Position numbers and translations under genes: made by a program
Source: Nostoc sp. DedSLP01
GTDB taxonomy: Bacteria > Cyanobacteriota > Cyanobacteriia > Cyanobacteriales > Nostocaceae
Length of the DNA: 64,000 nucleotides
Assembly: GCA_034530875.2 (NCBI GenBank)
Contig: JAVRCJ020000008.1
Span: 96,001-160,000, forward strand
Direction of reading: 5' to 3'
Notes under the pieces: generated by a model
The model's database searches: none
What the model was told of the DNA's origin: nothing
What the model saw: the letters and a program-made list of their open reading frames with translations, nothing else
Shown here: in pieces, positions 29,469-40,740 of the stretch
Position numbering within the stretch: position 1 is the stretch's first letter
Layout: every line of letters begins with the position of its first letter

Positions 29469-31574
29469 TCACCGATTAACTGCATTAATAACTTGTCCCA
29501 AAACATTCTGACCAGATTTTTCTAAAATTTCACAAGCAATAACAGCTTGGACAGAATCAACTACACCGGGACGAACTACTAATAAAACGCCATCACTCAT
29601 TTGACCCAAAGTAGCTGCATCAGCTGCAACTTTCAATGAAGGAGTGTCAATAATTACAAAATCATATTTTTTAGCAAAACTTTGAATCAAGTGAGCCATA
29701 AGTTTTGAATCAATTAGAGATGCTGGCGAGGCAGGTATTACTCCAGCAGTCACAACATCTAAATTATCCATAACTGGCTTGACAACAGTGCCAAGCTGGG
29801 CTTCTTCAAGAATCAGATTAGTTATACCTTGATTATTAGTTAATTCCCAAATTTCATGCTGAACTGGATGATGCAAATCCCCATCTATAAGTAAGACTCG
29901 ATGTTCCATCTGTGCCATTACTATTGCTAAATTGGCTGCAACTGTTGACTTCCCTTCTCTGGGGACAGAACTAGTGACAACGATAATTTTTAACTCTTTC
30001 TCACCATACGTAAACTTCAAATTTGCTCGCAAAATCCGATAAGCTTCACTAATTGGAGAGCAAGAAGGATCTTTCACTATCAATCTTGAGATAGATAAAT
30101 CCAGCTTTTCAGCACTGAGATCGGATTTTTGTGGCTTGCTAAAGACAGGAACGATCCCTAATAAAGGTAATCCTATTAATTGCTTGGCTTCATCAACAGT
30201 CTTGATGGATTTATCTCTTACTTCTAAAATATATATAGCTCCTAAAGCAGCCACAACAGCGAGTAAAGCTGAACTCAAATAGGAAAGCGTATTAGAAGAA
30301 ATAGGGCGATCGGGAACTTGAGCTTCAGATACCAAGCTGGCATTACCTACATTCTGGTTTTCTGCAATTTGACTCTCTTGCAATTTTTGTAACAGAAGTG
30401 AATATGTAGATTGTGATGCTTGTAATTCCCTTTCTAATTGACGCTGTTGTTGTTCCAATATTGGTAAGGTTTTCAGTCTTTCTTTATAGGTTATTTGTAA
30501 TTTTGATAAAGCCTCAGCTTGACTAATTAAACCGAGCCGAGTTGACTCTAATCTGATGAGATCTCCACTGAGTTGTTGCTGCAAGGCTCCAATCTGTAAA
30601 TTGCCATTAAATTGTGCTCCATCCTTCCCTAAAACCTGTGTAATTCGCTGTTTTAATATGTCTTGTAAGGCTTTTAGCTTGTCTTTTAAGCCAATAATTT
30701 CAGGATGTGATTCTTGCAGAATAGTTCGTCTAACTGCAATTTGAGACTGTAATTGCTGGATTTCTTTGATAATATCTTGTAAACCAGGAGATTGACTCAA
30801 GGAAGTCTGAGTTAAAGCCTGTCGAGAATTCATATTTAATTGTTTACGAATATCTTCAGACTGGGCATTGATATTGGCAATTTGAGATTGAATTTGGCTC
30901 AGCTGTTTTTGCAAGTCTGTAATCACATCTAATGATTTAGTTGCCTCTTCTTCCAAGGAAACAACTTTATTTTTATCTTTAAATATGGCTAATTTCTTTT
31001 CCGATCTTATGACAAATAATTCAGCTTTTGGTAACTCAGTCTCAAGAAATTTTCGGGCAACTGTTGCTTCTTTTTTTCTAGAAGATATGTTGTATTTTAA
31101 ATATATATTGACGAGCGTATTAACCACCTGAGCAGCTATTTTGGGGTCGCTATCAGTATAGGAAATTTGCAGAATATCAGATCCTTTAATATCTTTTACA
31201 TTCAAATGATTGAGGAATTCGTTAGGTTTTAAAGCTCCACCTTGATGATTTTTCAAGGAAAGTGTCTCTATAGTTTGCTCTACAAGAGGAATAGACCGAA
31301 TAATTTCTGCTTCTGTATTTAAAGGATTGGTTTTTTGATCCTGTACAACTGGTTCTAATTTACCTATCTCTCCTCCTACTCCTGTTAAGGAAGAGATAGT
31401 GTTTGATTTTTGAAGCAATAACTTTCCTTGTGCCTCATAAGATGGTTTTTTTAAAGATGCAATCAACAGCAGAAACACAAAAACTGGAATAAAGACAGTT
31501 AAAGCTTTTGCCCAGCGGCGCTTCAGTATTTGCCAATATTTATCGAGTATTATAAAGCTTGATTGTGATTCCAT
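29469..31574 (-). CDS. Wzc/GumC-type polysaccharide co-polymerase, tyrosine autokinase
   Basis: Wzz-like N-terminus, coiled coils, TM, EAYRILRANL, Walker A PREGKS, LLIDGDL, VIIDTP. Confidence 0.92.
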   Translation of the reverse strand: MESQSSFIILDKYWQILKRRWAKALTVFIPVFVFLLLIASLKKPSYEAQGKLLLQKSNTISSLTGVGGEIGKLEPVVQDQKTNPLNTEAEIIRSIPLVEQTIETLSLKNHQGGALKPNEFLNHLNVKDIKGSDILQISYTDSDPKIAAQVVNTLVNIYLKYNISSRKKEATVARKFLETELPKAELFVIRSEKKLAIFKDKNKVVSLEEEATKSLDVITDLQKQLSQIQSQIANINAQSEDIRKQLNMNSRQALTQTSLSQSPGLQDIIKEIQQLQSQIAVRRTILQESHPEIIGLKDKLKALQDILKQRITQVLGKDGAQFNGNLQIGALQQQLSGDLIRLESTRLGLISQAEALSKLQITYKERLKTLPILEQQQRQLERELQASQSTYSLLLQKLQESQIAENQNVGNASLVSEAQVPDRPISSNTLSYLSSALLAVVAALGAIYILEVRDKSIKTVDEAKQLIGLPLLGIVPVFSKPQKSDLSAEKLDLSISRLIVKDPSCSPISEAYRILRANLKFTYGEKELKIIVVTSSVPREGKSTVAANLAIVMAQMEHRVLLIDGDLHHPVQHEIWELTNNQGITNLILEEAQLGTVVKPVMDNLDVVTAGVIPASPASLIDSKLMAHLIQSFAKKYDFVIIDTPSLKVAADAATLGQMSDGVLLVVRPGVVDSVQAVIACEILEKSGQNVLGQVINAVNR

Positions 31575-31792
31575 AAATTAATTTTTTAATGCTGAATAAG
31601 CTGAGCTAAATCTAAGTATTTTATATAAATTCAGTAATTTTTTTGCTAAAGAATGGTAAACCTAATTGAAGTTGCATAATTTTTAGATATACATTAGATT
31701 TAAAGTTTTTTAAGTATCTGAAAATAAGATTTAAACCCTGTTTTACTTCTAAATTTTGTTAGGTGTAGCAGTTTCAAATTTAGACTATAATA

Positions 31793-31867
31793 GTAGGCCG
31801 GGTTGAGCAACAGTGAAACCCAACAAAGTCTCGATCGCCTTGGATTTCATTTCTCAACTCAACCTAC
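31793..31867. repeat. REP-like inverted-repeat element (GTAGG...CCTAC)
   Basis: GTAGGCCGGGTTGAG...GAAACCCAAC ... TTGGATTTC...CTCAACTCAACCTAC. Confidence 0.7.
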
Positions 31868-31918
31868 GCCTATCTTGAAGCATTGGTGAATTTTGACTTC
31901 TCTTTAAAGAGTGATATT

Positions 31919-32515
31919 TTATATTTTTATCACCTGTTGTAATGTTTTAAGAATAACGAGTATAGCAAAACCTAAGTTATCTTTGCCAAGATATTGCATA
32001 TTTAACTCTAACTTTTGAGGCATTATCTCCTTGATATAGACACTTTCCGAGTTAGTAGTATCTTTTAAGAGTTCGCTTTCATTGCTGAATTTGATTGATG
32101 CAGGATCGGTGATACCCGGAAGTACATCTAAGACTCGACGCTGTTCGGGTGTATAATATGCCACATATTTTGGAACTTCAGGACGAGGGCCAACTAAACT
32201 CATTTCCCCTTTGACAACATTGAATAATTGGGGTAGTTCATCTAGTTTGTATTTTCTCAAGAACTCGCCGCTTCGGGTAATCCGAGAATCTTTAGCTACT
32301 GTAATTTGTTGTCCCCGCCTTTCGGCATCAGCTACCATAGTCCGGAACTTGTAAATTTTAAATTCACGTCCGAAGCGTCCAATACGAGTTTGTCTAAACA
32401 ACACATTCCCTGGAGAATCTAGTTTAATCCAGATCGCAATTGCCAAAAAGAGAGGTAACAGGATCGAAATACCAAGTATGGCAAAAAACAAGTCAAAAAT
32501 TCGTTTAGCCATCAT
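31919..32515 (-). CDS. Initiating phosphoglycosyl (sugar) transferase, WbgY/PglC-like
   Basis: KRIFD, KFRTM, LRKYKLDELPQLFNV..GEMSLVGPRPE, PGITD. Confidence 0.93.
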   Translation of the reverse strand: MMAKRIFDLFFAILGISILLPLFLAIAIWIKLDSPGNVLFRQTRIGRFGREFKIYKFRTMVADAERRGQQITVAKDSRITRSGEFLRKYKLDELPQLFNVVKGEMSLVGPRPEVPKYVAYYTPEQRRVLDVLPGITDPASIKFSNESELLKDTTNSESVYIKEIMPQKLELNMQYLGKDNLGFAILVILKTLQQVIKI

Positions 32516-32999
32516 TAATTCCTGATAACAGGGCAAAGAACTATTTAAAGTTTTAAATTCAAGAGTCGAAATTCAGAATTGAATTCTGTACGATTGGTGA
32601 AATGAATAAACGGCGAGAGAACACACTAACTTTTCAATTTCCCAGTTTGCAATCAGTGGCGAGTCTAAATTCCTCACCGATCGCATTCTTAATTGTTTTT
32701 CAAATAGTAATTGTTTTTACTATTTTATAGCTACATGAGTTACTATATAACTTTTTTGTGTTACTTATACTAATTTTCAATAAAGATATCTCTAAAACGA
32801 GTGCAATTTTTTAGAAATTTTTATTAGAGAATTTCGCGCAATATGATATTGCGAAATAGGTATTTATTAGCTAGCTCTAAAAAACAGTTTTCAAACTTAA
32901 TATTTGCATACAAAAATATGAAAACAAAAGTTCATTAACTTAAGTCTGAAGATGGTTTTTAATCAATTGTTTGAAAATGTGTTTTTTAAGATCTCAATA

Positions 33000-34151
33000 T
33001 CAAGTCAACGTTTTTTTAACGATTTCAATAACACGAGTTCGATCTGCTGGAGTCATTTTTGTGTAGATTGGTAAGCTGACTATGCGTTCAAATGCATAGC
33101 TTGCTTGAGGAAAATCTTCTGAACGGAGGTTGTAAGTGTCGCGCCAGTATGGTTGCAAGTGTAAAGGAATATAGTGGACGCTACAACCAATTCCTTTAGC
33201 AGCCATTTGCTCGATAAAGTTATTGCGACTAACTTGTACGGAGTCGGCTAAACGAATGACGTATAGATGCCAAGAGTGAATATCTCCATCAGCAGGTGAT
33301 GCGGGCAGATGTAAAGGTAAGTTGGCTAGTTCTATGTGATATCGATTAGCGATCGCAGCTCGTTGTTGCTGTAGTTTCCAGGCTTTCTTCAATTGATGGA
33401 TACCTAAAGAAGCCGCAACATCTGTCATATTATATTTGAATCCCGGTGCAACTACCTCGTAGTACCATGAAGGTTTAGTTGAGGTATAGCGATCGAAGGC
33501 ATCTCGATTGATGCCATGTAAGCGCATAGTCCGGCATCGTTGAGCTATTTGAGGGTTGCGAGTTACTAGCATACCCCCTTCACCTGTAGCGATAGTTTTG
33601 GTCGCATAAAAGCTATAAACTGTTACATCACTATCTAAGCTACCAATCAATTTACCATGATAGGTTGTAGGGATAGCATGGGCAGCATCTTCAACGACTT
33701 TCAATTGATACTTTTGGGCAATTGTTAAGATTGATTTCATATCACAAGCAAGTCCGCCAAAATGCACGGGCATGATGGCTTTTGTGCGCGGAGTAATAGC
33801 AGCCTCAATTTTGCTAGCATCAATATTCAGAGTAGCCAGATCGATATCAACAAAAACTGGATTGGCTCCTAAGTAACGAATCACTTCTGCGGTAGCAGTG
33901 AAGGTGTGGACTGTGGTGATTACTTCATCTCCAGGGCCAATTCCCAATGCTTCCAGAGCTAAATGTAACCCTGATGTGGCAGAATTGACTGCGATCGCTT
34001 CTACTCCATTACCAATAAATTCTGCAAAATCTTGCTCAAAACGTTTGGTTTTAACCCCTGTAGTCAACCAACCAGACCGTAAAGAATCAACGACCTCGGC
34101 AATTTCTTCTTCTCCAATATCAGGTAATGCAAAAGGAATGAATTCTGCCAT
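33000..34151 (-). CDS. DegT/DnrJ/EryC1/StrS sugar aminotransferase, WbgX-like
   Basis: [34 protein letters not shown] (PLP Lys), GFKYNM. Confidence 0.95.
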   Translation of the reverse strand: MAEFIPFALPDIGEEEIAEVVDSLRSGWLTTGVKTKRFEQDFAEFIGNGVEAIAVNSATSGLHLALEALGIGPGDEVITTVHTFTATAEVIRYLGANPVFVDIDLATLNIDASKIEAAITPRTKAIMPVHFGGLACDMKSILTIAQKYQLKVVEDAAHAIPTTYHGKLIGSLDSDVTVYSFYATKTIATGEGGMLVTRNPQIAQRCRTMRLHGINRDAFDRYTSTKPSWYYEVVAPGFKYNMTDVAASLGIHQLKKAWKLQQQRAAIANRYHIELANLPLHLPASPADGDIHSWHLYVIRLADSVQVSRNNFIEQMAAKGIGCSVHYIPLHLQPYWRDTYNLRSEDFPQASYAFERIVSLPIYTKMTPADRTRVIEIVKKTLT

Positions 34152-34193
34152 AAAATTTAGTAATTCAATTCAAAAAGTAAACATTTCAGAAAG

Positions 34194-34922
34194 TTATGAC
34201 TTGGTAATCCAACACAAGACATGAGTACGCAAAAACGGAAGTAAATTAAAAACACTATAAAGATTGGGATGAATTTTAGTTACTCTGCGACTAATGGGAG
34301 GAGCTAAACTTAATTGCCAAGTTTTAATATTTCCTTCGGGAAATAATTGACGAATTTGTTTTTTACTCACGCCTTTGACATCAGGATTTTTTGGGTTATC
34401 AAAGATAAAGTCATACCACAGTACACCTCCTCCAGGTTTAACTAACGACCACATCCGATTTGCGAGTTTTTGTTGAAAATTTTTATCTAAAATAGAAGTG
34501 AAAACCGTTGATTGAAAAACAATATCAAAAGAGTTATCGTCTAACTTGAGAGTTGACGCATCGCCAACTAAAATCTCAGTTGATGTTGGCAGCAACCGAC
34601 GTGCATTTAGGGCATAATCTTCTATCAATTCATTTCCTACTAAGTTCTCTGGTTGAAAACCCAAGGACATAAATAGGCTCAGGTTATTTCCACTACCGCA
34701 ACCAATTTCTAGTAGACGTTTGTCTCCAACTGGTGCTAGATTAGCCCAATTAATCCAACGAATCAAAGCGTGGCGCTTTTCTTGATAAAGCATATAACGA
34801 GATGGATGCAATGGGTCGTATAAAGATGCCTCAGGGATTTGCTGGCGTCGATGATAACGCTGACGAATTGCTTCAATTTCGTTACTCATATCAGTCTCAT
34901 CAGTAAAGATTTCATAAAACAA
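34194..34922 (-). CDS. Class I SAM-dependent methyltransferase
   Basis: LLEIGCGSG, FDIV, LVKPGGG; start may be MSNEI at 34889. Confidence 0.88.
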   Translation of the reverse strand: MFYEIFTDETDMSNEIEAIRQRYHRRQQIPEASLYDPLHPSRYMLYQEKRHALIRWINWANLAPVGDKRLLEIGCGSGNNLSLFMSLGFQPENLVGNELIEDYALNARRLLPTSTEILVGDASTLKLDDNSFDIVFQSTVFTSILDKNFQQKLANRMWSLVKPGGGVLWYDFIFDNPKNPDVKGVSKKQIRQLFPEGNIKTWQLSLAPPISRRVTKIHPNLYSVFNLLPFLRTHVLCWITKS

Positions 34923-34996
34923 AAGTCAAAATTCAGAATTTAATTTTCTGTAACTGGAGGATGAATAAATTCTTCTTTAATTACTTCACTCAAAGA

Positions 34997-36229
34997 TTAC
35001 TGAATCCTCAATTCTGACTGCGGAATTTTTCTATTTAAAACACGGTTATAAATATCAGCGTAAGCATCTGCTACTCGGTTAAGACTGAAGTTTTCTTGGA
35101 CGTGTAACCTACTTCGCTTTCCCATGAGGTTTCTTTGTTCGGGAGAATTTAGAAGTTGTAAAATCGCTGTAGCTAAAGTCTTGCTATCTTTAGGAGGAAC
35201 TAGCAAACCATTCCAGCCATCTTTAACAACCTCCTTACAACCAGGCATATCAGTTGTAATCAAAGGGAGTTCCATTGTCGCAGCCTCTAACAAAACCCTT
35301 GGTACTCCTTCACGGTAATAACTCGGCAACACAAATACATCGCTTAATTTCAATAGCGTTGGGATATCATGACGAGGCCCAAGATAGCGAACAATCCCGG
35401 CTTGCTGTTGAATTTCTTGTATTGGTACGGCTTGTCTACCTTCAGAAGCTAAAGAACCGACTAAGAAAAACGTCACATTTTTCATTTGCTGGCATACAAT
35501 GCTAGCCGCCTGGAGATATTCTCTGACTCCTTTAGAGACAACAAGACGTGAAATCATTGTGACTACAAGCTGCTTTTCTAGTCCTAACTCCCGTCGTGTT
35601 GCTGCTAATTTTTCTGGTTCGGGAGAGTTTTTCATAAATCCTTCGATATCAATACCCGATCCTAAAACTAAATCATCCCGACCATCCTGTACCATTTTGT
35701 GTTTGAAAAAATATTCGCGATCGTCAGGATTTTGAAATATAGTTATCCCAGTTGCTACAGAAGCACGCCTTTGAAGGTGGCGGTATATTGGTCTGAGGGC
35801 AAGTGCTAAGGTTGATGTTGAAGAAAACACATAACCCATTCCAGTTATCGTCCGCACCCGTCCGGGAATTCCGGCCTTCATTGCCATAATGGGTGCAATC
35901 ATACTTGGTTTAGTATCAAAACTATGAACGATATCTGGCTGATGTTGCTTAAATAAAGTAGAAAGTTGGCTCTTAGTGTATATATCAGCCCAGGGATTTA
36001 TTCCTCGTTCTAAAGTGTATCGAAAATAGGGAATCCGAACATCTCGAAAAGCATTTCCGTCTTCAGATCCCACTGCGCCAACATTGAAACCTTTCTCGCG
36101 CAATTTTAGTAGCAGAGGAATACGAAGACGTATATCTTCTCCGCCAACATGCCAAACAGTAATTGGAGAATTTTTATGAAAGCTTAAAGCTTTGGTAGGT
36201 AAGGGAAAACTAGAATAATGTTTGTCCAT
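34997..36229 (-). CDS. Glycosyltransferase family 4 (CapM/PglA-like)
   Basis: TITGMG, FQNPDD, DVFVLPSYYREGVPRVLLEA, TTDMPGC. Confidence 0.92.
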   Translation of the reverse strand: MDKHYSSFPLPTKALSFHKNSPITVWHVGGEDIRLRIPLLLKLREKGFNVGAVGSEDGNAFRDVRIPYFRYTLERGINPWADIYTKSQLSTLFKQHQPDIVHSFDTKPSMIAPIMAMKAGIPGRVRTITGMGYVFSSTSTLALALRPIYRHLQRRASVATGITIFQNPDDREYFFKHKMVQDGRDDLVLGSGIDIEGFMKNSPEPEKLAATRRELGLEKQLVVTMISRLVVSKGVREYLQAASIVCQQMKNVTFFLVGSLASEGRQAVPIQEIQQQAGIVRYLGPRHDIPTLLKLSDVFVLPSYYREGVPRVLLEAATMELPLITTDMPGCKEVVKDGWNGLLVPPKDSKTLATAILQLLNSPEQRNLMGKRSRLHVQENFSLNRVADAYADIYNRVLNRKIPQSELRIQ

Positions 36230-36486
36230 CTTTCAAAGGAAATTTATAAGAAAGCTAGAGAGTTAATACTTTGATCTTTAAACTTGATAATAAGAACAAC
36301 AGCAATTAACAAAATTTTCAATTTCTACCTCAATCTGTGTATTAGGTCTTAAACTCTAATTAAAAAATGTTTGTGTTTTCTGACTATCTACTTGAGTTGG
36401 AGTAAATGCCTTTTGTATTCCCTTTGTAAAAGGAGAGCCTCTCGATATTTTGTACTTGAATCGTTTTTTATAACAAAATACACTTG

Positions 36487-37356
36487 TTATGCAGGTCTTA
36501 AAACTACAGAAAATGTCGATATGCAAAGTTCTTCATCAGAAAAATGTGTAAACTCATGGGATAACTTTGATCTAGCTGTAGGTAAGGTATTCCAACGATC
36601 CATTTTAATTAACTCAACAGTAAAACCAGCTTGTTGAAATATATCTACCATTTGACTGTATTGAATTCTGTTTGTATAAAAACCAGAATTAGCCATAAAA
36701 TCTGCTTCCCATATACGTTCAGAAAATCTGAGGTTGTTGAGATGTCCACCTAGATGATCTCGCAAATCAACTTCATGAGAACAGACACCATCATCACTAA
36801 TTATCCTACGCAGTTCTTGCATTGTTTCGCAAAATTCTGAACGTCTAACATGTTCAAGAACTGCATGTGACCAAATAAAATCTACAGATTTATCGGGAAT
36901 AAGCTTTAGTGAAGATAAGCCAGATGTCAGATATTTTGCATGGCAAGAATCGAGAATTTCTTCTAAATACTGCAATGCATCAAAATTTGGTACAGTCAAC
37001 ATTTTCTGTTTTAAATATTCTGCCATAGCATGATATTGTAGAATATTTTTATTGGCAAATGCTTTGGCATCAACTAAATAAGATTTAGAACCACCAAAGG
37101 CTAAACTAATCATTGAAGAAAACAATGAATCTCCTGGCCCCATTTCTAGACTAACAAATCCTGCTTTTGGTTTGGCTCGATCAAAATGCTTTTTAAATAC
37201 TCCATAAGCATAATTTGGTTGCTCCATAGAGCCATGTGAAAATAAGCCAGCATCCTTCCAGAATTTGTATTCAATTGGCAATCTAGATAAAACTAGTTTG
37301 GCAGCAATTTTAGCCCACCAAGGAATAAAACTAATACTCATGTTTTTAATCTCCAA
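36487..37356 (-). CDS. SAM-dependent methyltransferase
   Basis: LEMGPGD, DFIWSHAVLEHV, HEVDLRDH; start may be MSISF. Confidence 0.8.
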   Translation of the reverse strand: MEIKNMSISFIPWWAKIAAKLVLSRLPIEYKFWKDAGLFSHGSMEQPNYAYGVFKKHFDRAKPKAGFVSLEMGPGDSLFSSMISLAFGGSKSYLVDAKAFANKNILQYHAMAEYLKQKMLTVPNFDALQYLEEILDSCHAKYLTSGLSSLKLIPDKSVDFIWSHAVLEHVRRSEFCETMQELRRIISDDGVCSHEVDLRDHLGGHLNNLRFSERIWEADFMANSGFYTNRIQYSQMVDIFQQAGFTVELIKMDRWNTLPTARSKLSHEFTHFSDEELCISTFSVVLRPA

Positions 37357-37419
37357 TTATTTAATGCTTAGGGTCAATAAATATTAATTTACTACTAATT
37401 AATAACCCAAAAAACTCAT

Positions 37420-37610
37420 TTAGTATTTATTCGTTTTAAGGAAGAATAGCCTGTCGATTTCTGCTCCCAATTGCAATCGCGCTGATTCTAGCGTATTTGT
37501 ATCCCGTGTCCAATGCTAGCGGTCTGGAGATATTCTCTGACCCCTTTAGAGACAACAAGGCGTGAGTTGATTGTGACTACAAAGGGAAAACTAGAATAGT
37601 TATTGTTCAT
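37420..37610 (-). pseudogene. Chimeric deletion scar: GT4 start + GT4 internal piece + DUF4091-gene 3' end
   Basis: 37582-37610 resembles 36202-36229; 37511-37583 resembles 35497-35569; 37454-37514 resembles 39002-39062. Confidence 0.85.
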
Positions 37611-37769
37611 TTTTTAAATTGATTGTTACCAAATTTGAGAGTGAGTTTTTTGATATCAAGCTCATATTTGTTTTTTATTAAACTGCGTAAAAGTCCAAAA
37701 GGCTGATTTGATAATTTTGACTTACTACCTAAACAAATTAAATTCAGTAATCAACCCTGATTACTATAT

Positions 37770-38780
37770 TTAAACTTTGTAGTAAGAACGATACCAATTT
37801 ACAAAACGTTGAATTCCCTGCTCAATCGATGTATTGGGTCTAAAGCCAACATCTGTTGCAAGATCTTCAACATCTGCATAGGTAGCAGGTACATCCCCAG
37901 GTTGCATAGGGAGTAGATTCTTTTTTGCTTCGATCCCCAAACAGTTTTCTATCACTTCAATGAAGCGCATTAATTCAACGGATTGATTATTCCCAATGTT
38001 GTAAAGTTTATAGGGAGCATTACTATTTTCTGAGGTGGATGCATTTTCTAACAAGGTAGAATTTGGCTCAGGGATTTTATCCATGACGCGGATAACACCC
38101 TCAACAATGTCGTCAATGTATGTAAAATCTCGACGCATTTGACCGTAATTAAACACATTAATTGGTTCGCCTGCCAAAATTGCTTTAGTAAATAAAAATG
38201 GCGCCATATCTGGACGACCCCACGGCCCGTATACTGTAAAGAACCGGAGTCCAGTGGTGGGTAAACCATACAAGTGGCTATAAGTATGAGCCATTAATTC
38301 GTTGGCTTTCTTGGTAGCAGCGTAGAGACTGACCGGACGATCTACGTTGTCGCCTACAGAAAATGGTACTTTCGTATTTGCACCGTAGACTGAACTAGAT
38401 GAAGCGAAAACTAAGTGCTTGACTTGTGAGTGGCGACAACCTTCTAAAACATTGATAAAACCTACTAAATTACTATCTATATAAGCATGGGGATTTTTGA
38501 GCGAGTAGCGGACTCCAGGCTGTGCGGCTAAGTTGACTACTAAATCGAAGGACTCTTCGGCAAATACAAAAGCCATGCCTTCACGGTCAGCCAAATCGAG
38601 TTTGTGAAATCTAAAATTTGAGTTATCCTGCAATTTGGCTAGCCGAGCTTTTTTGAGATTGACATCATAGTAATCATTGAGGTTATCTAGCCCAACGACT
38701 TCGTTTCCCCTAGCTAGTAACCGCTGACTAAGATGAAAACCAATGAAACCTGCTGCACCTGTAACTAAAACTTTGACCAT
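37770..38780 (-). CDS. NAD-dependent epimerase, UDP-glucuronate 4-epimerase type
   Basis: [47 protein letters not shown]. Confidence 0.95.
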   Translation of the reverse strand: MVKVLVTGAAGFIGFHLSQRLLARGNEVVGLDNLNDYYDVNLKKARLAKLQDNSNFRFHKLDLADREGMAFVFAEESFDLVVNLAAQPGVRYSLKNPHAYIDSNLVGFINVLEGCRHSQVKHLVFASSSSVYGANTKVPFSVGDNVDRPVSLYAATKKANELMAHTYSHLYGLPTTGLRFFTVYGPWGRPDMAPFLFTKAILAGEPINVFNYGQMRRDFTYIDDIVEGVIRVMDKIPEPNSTLLENASTSENSNAPYKLYNIGNNQSVELMRFIEVIENCLGIEAKKNLLPMQPGDVPATYADVEDLATDVGFRPNTSIEQGIQRFVNWYRSYYKV

Positions 38781-38869
38781 AAATTTTGATGCCTAGAAAA
38801 TCTAATTAAAAAATTTTGTGTATTTGAATTATTTGTTGTAATTGGATTAAATGCCTTTTTCATAGAATA

Positions 38870-38990
38870 CAGGAATTATGCACAAAGGTTGTGTATTGAG
38901 ACTGGGTGTAAGGGTTTTAGTCACCTACACCCTCACCCCCTTACACTCCTTGTCCAAAGCCTAGATTTTTCGTTTTCATGGGTAAAATTT
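38870..38990. mobile_element. Degenerate MITE-like element
   Basis: AGGAATTATGCA...TGGGTAAAATTT eroded ends enclosing GGGTGTAAGGG / CCCTTACAC repeats; family recalled from Nostocales (AGGACTTACGCA-ended). Confidence 0.4.
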
Positions 38991-40599
38991 AAGATAATTT
39001 CTCGATTTCTGCTGCCAATTGCGATCGCACTGACTCCAGTATATTTGGATCTCGCGTCCAATTTTTCCAATCCTTAGCAACGGTTCGGCCAATATTTAAT
39101 GCCCAACTCCCACGGCCAAGTTTTTTGAGAATCTGGATATATTCGTAATCTTCTACTCCATCTCGCAACCATTTGAGTCTCATAGATGGGACAACTCCAT
39201 TAATCCCTACCTGTTTGCCGGGATAAACTAGCATCCCTTCGCCAGGAAAATAGTTCCGATTGTCTTGAGAATAGGTTTGAATATCATACCAAGGAGCTTT
39301 TGTCCATAAATCAACTTGCCAATACAAAATTCCAGTTAATCCCAGACTTTGGCTAATGAAACCTGGCTGAATTCTAAAGTTTATAGGATCGAAATCTATT
39401 TGCCACTTCGGAGAATATTCATCTTGTACTAATGTGTTATATGACCATACTTTGTCTCCCTTTTGCAATACTTTCGTTACTTTATCGGTGGCTCGCTCGT
39501 ACATTTTAGGGAGAAGTACCCAAATATCAACAGCAGAGCGTCCGCTTCCAGAACCATCGTCATACAGTTCGGGTGTGGGCGTCATTGTCACAAGGTTAGC
39601 AACTCCAGCCGAATGCAGATTTTTAGCCCATTTCTTGATTGTTGGATAAAGAACTGGACAGCGATCGATTTCATCAGCCGTATAGTTATATAAAAATAGA
39701 TCCGACTGATAAGATGCAGCAGTTTTTTGGAATTCCTCTAAGGAAGGCATTGAACGCATCTGACATGTTGTAATATCGGCTCCACTCCAATAACCAAGAT
39801 TTGCAGAAACAAGCCCTTGGGGAATCAAAGCTTGTCCATCCTCTGGGTTAACATGTTTAGGCATAAGTTTATGCTTGAGAAGTTCCTGATTAGCATTCTT
39901 CGTTTTGTTGTACCAAAATGCAAAGGAAGAATTCAGCGAAGGCTTTAAAGGTAACTCGAAATTCCAAACTTTTAGGACTACCTTGGCTTGAGCTTTTCCG
40001 CGATTGCTAGTGACAAGAAAAGTACCAGTGTATTCTCCAGATTTAATGTTGCGAGGTACAAATACATCAACCCAAATAGGTTGGTTATAGTTGGGCTTGA
40101 GACTAAAAGGAGTTGCTTGTAACTCACTTGGAAGCGGAGGCTTTTTGGTTGCTGGATCTAAAAATGGTATAAGTCCGTCGGGATACCATCCAACGCCCAG
40201 AGGAGGATTGAGATTACCTCTCATACTTGGGCTGGAATGACTGACATAAACATAATGTTCTCGATATAAAGTTATATTATTTTTTGGAATTATCTGACCG
40301 TTAGGGCCCAATAAATCTGATACCGAAACATTTACATTAGTCAATCCATTTGCTGGAGCTTTCACTACTAACTGAAATGATTCATATTCGCCTTTAGCAG
40401 CAAAAATTTTAGCTGATGATGTGCTTTTTATGGTGTCAGTTTGTCCTATCCTTTTCAAATTTGAAACCATATATAAAGCAGGGCCGATTGCAGAGGAAGC
40501 ATTAGGTAATTGCCAAAGATTTAAGCAAATTACTGTAATCAAAATGAGCAGCAACGATTTAATAGACTTAAGTTTCTTCACAAGTCTGATAATTTCCAT
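38989..40599 (-). CDS. Exported DUF4091 (GH123-like) domain protein
   Basis: Signal segment, AKGEYESFQL, YTADE, GEGMLVYPG...SMRLKWLRDGVEDYEY; ORF track opens at 40656. Confidence 0.8.
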   Translation of the reverse strand: MEIIRLVKKLKSIKSLLLILITVICLNLWQLPNASSAIGPALYMVSNLKRIGQTDTIKSTSSAKIFAAKGEYESFQLVVKAPANGLTNVNVSVSDLLGPNGQIIPKNNITLYREHYVYVSHSSPSMRGNLNPPLGVGWYPDGLIPFLDPATKKPPLPSELQATPFSLKPNYNQPIWVDVFVPRNIKSGEYTGTFLVTSNRGKAQAKVVLKVWNFELPLKPSLNSSFAFWYNKTKNANQELLKHKLMPKHVNPEDGQALIPQGLVSANLGYWSGADITTCQMRSMPSLEEFQKTAASYQSDLFLYNYTADEIDRCPVLYPTIKKWAKNLHSAGVANLVTMTPTPELYDDGSGSGRSAVDIWVLLPKMYERATDKVTKVLQKGDKVWSYNTLVQDEYSPKWQIDFDPINFRIQPGFISQSLGLTGILYWQVDLWTKAPWYDIQTYSQDNRNYFPGEGMLVYPGKQVGINGVVPSMRLKWLRDGVEDYEYIQILKKLGRGSWALNIGRTVAKDWKNWTRDPNILESVRSQLAAEIEKLS

Positions 40600-40740
40600 A
40601 TATTTTAAATGTCGGAAATGCTTCTCGTAATTTACGTTACTTTCATAGCCGTTCAAGTAAAAAATATAGAATATCGATACAAAAATTTACATAATTTATT
40701 CCTCAGTATCTAAATTTGTGGATTCAAATCTTACTACAAT

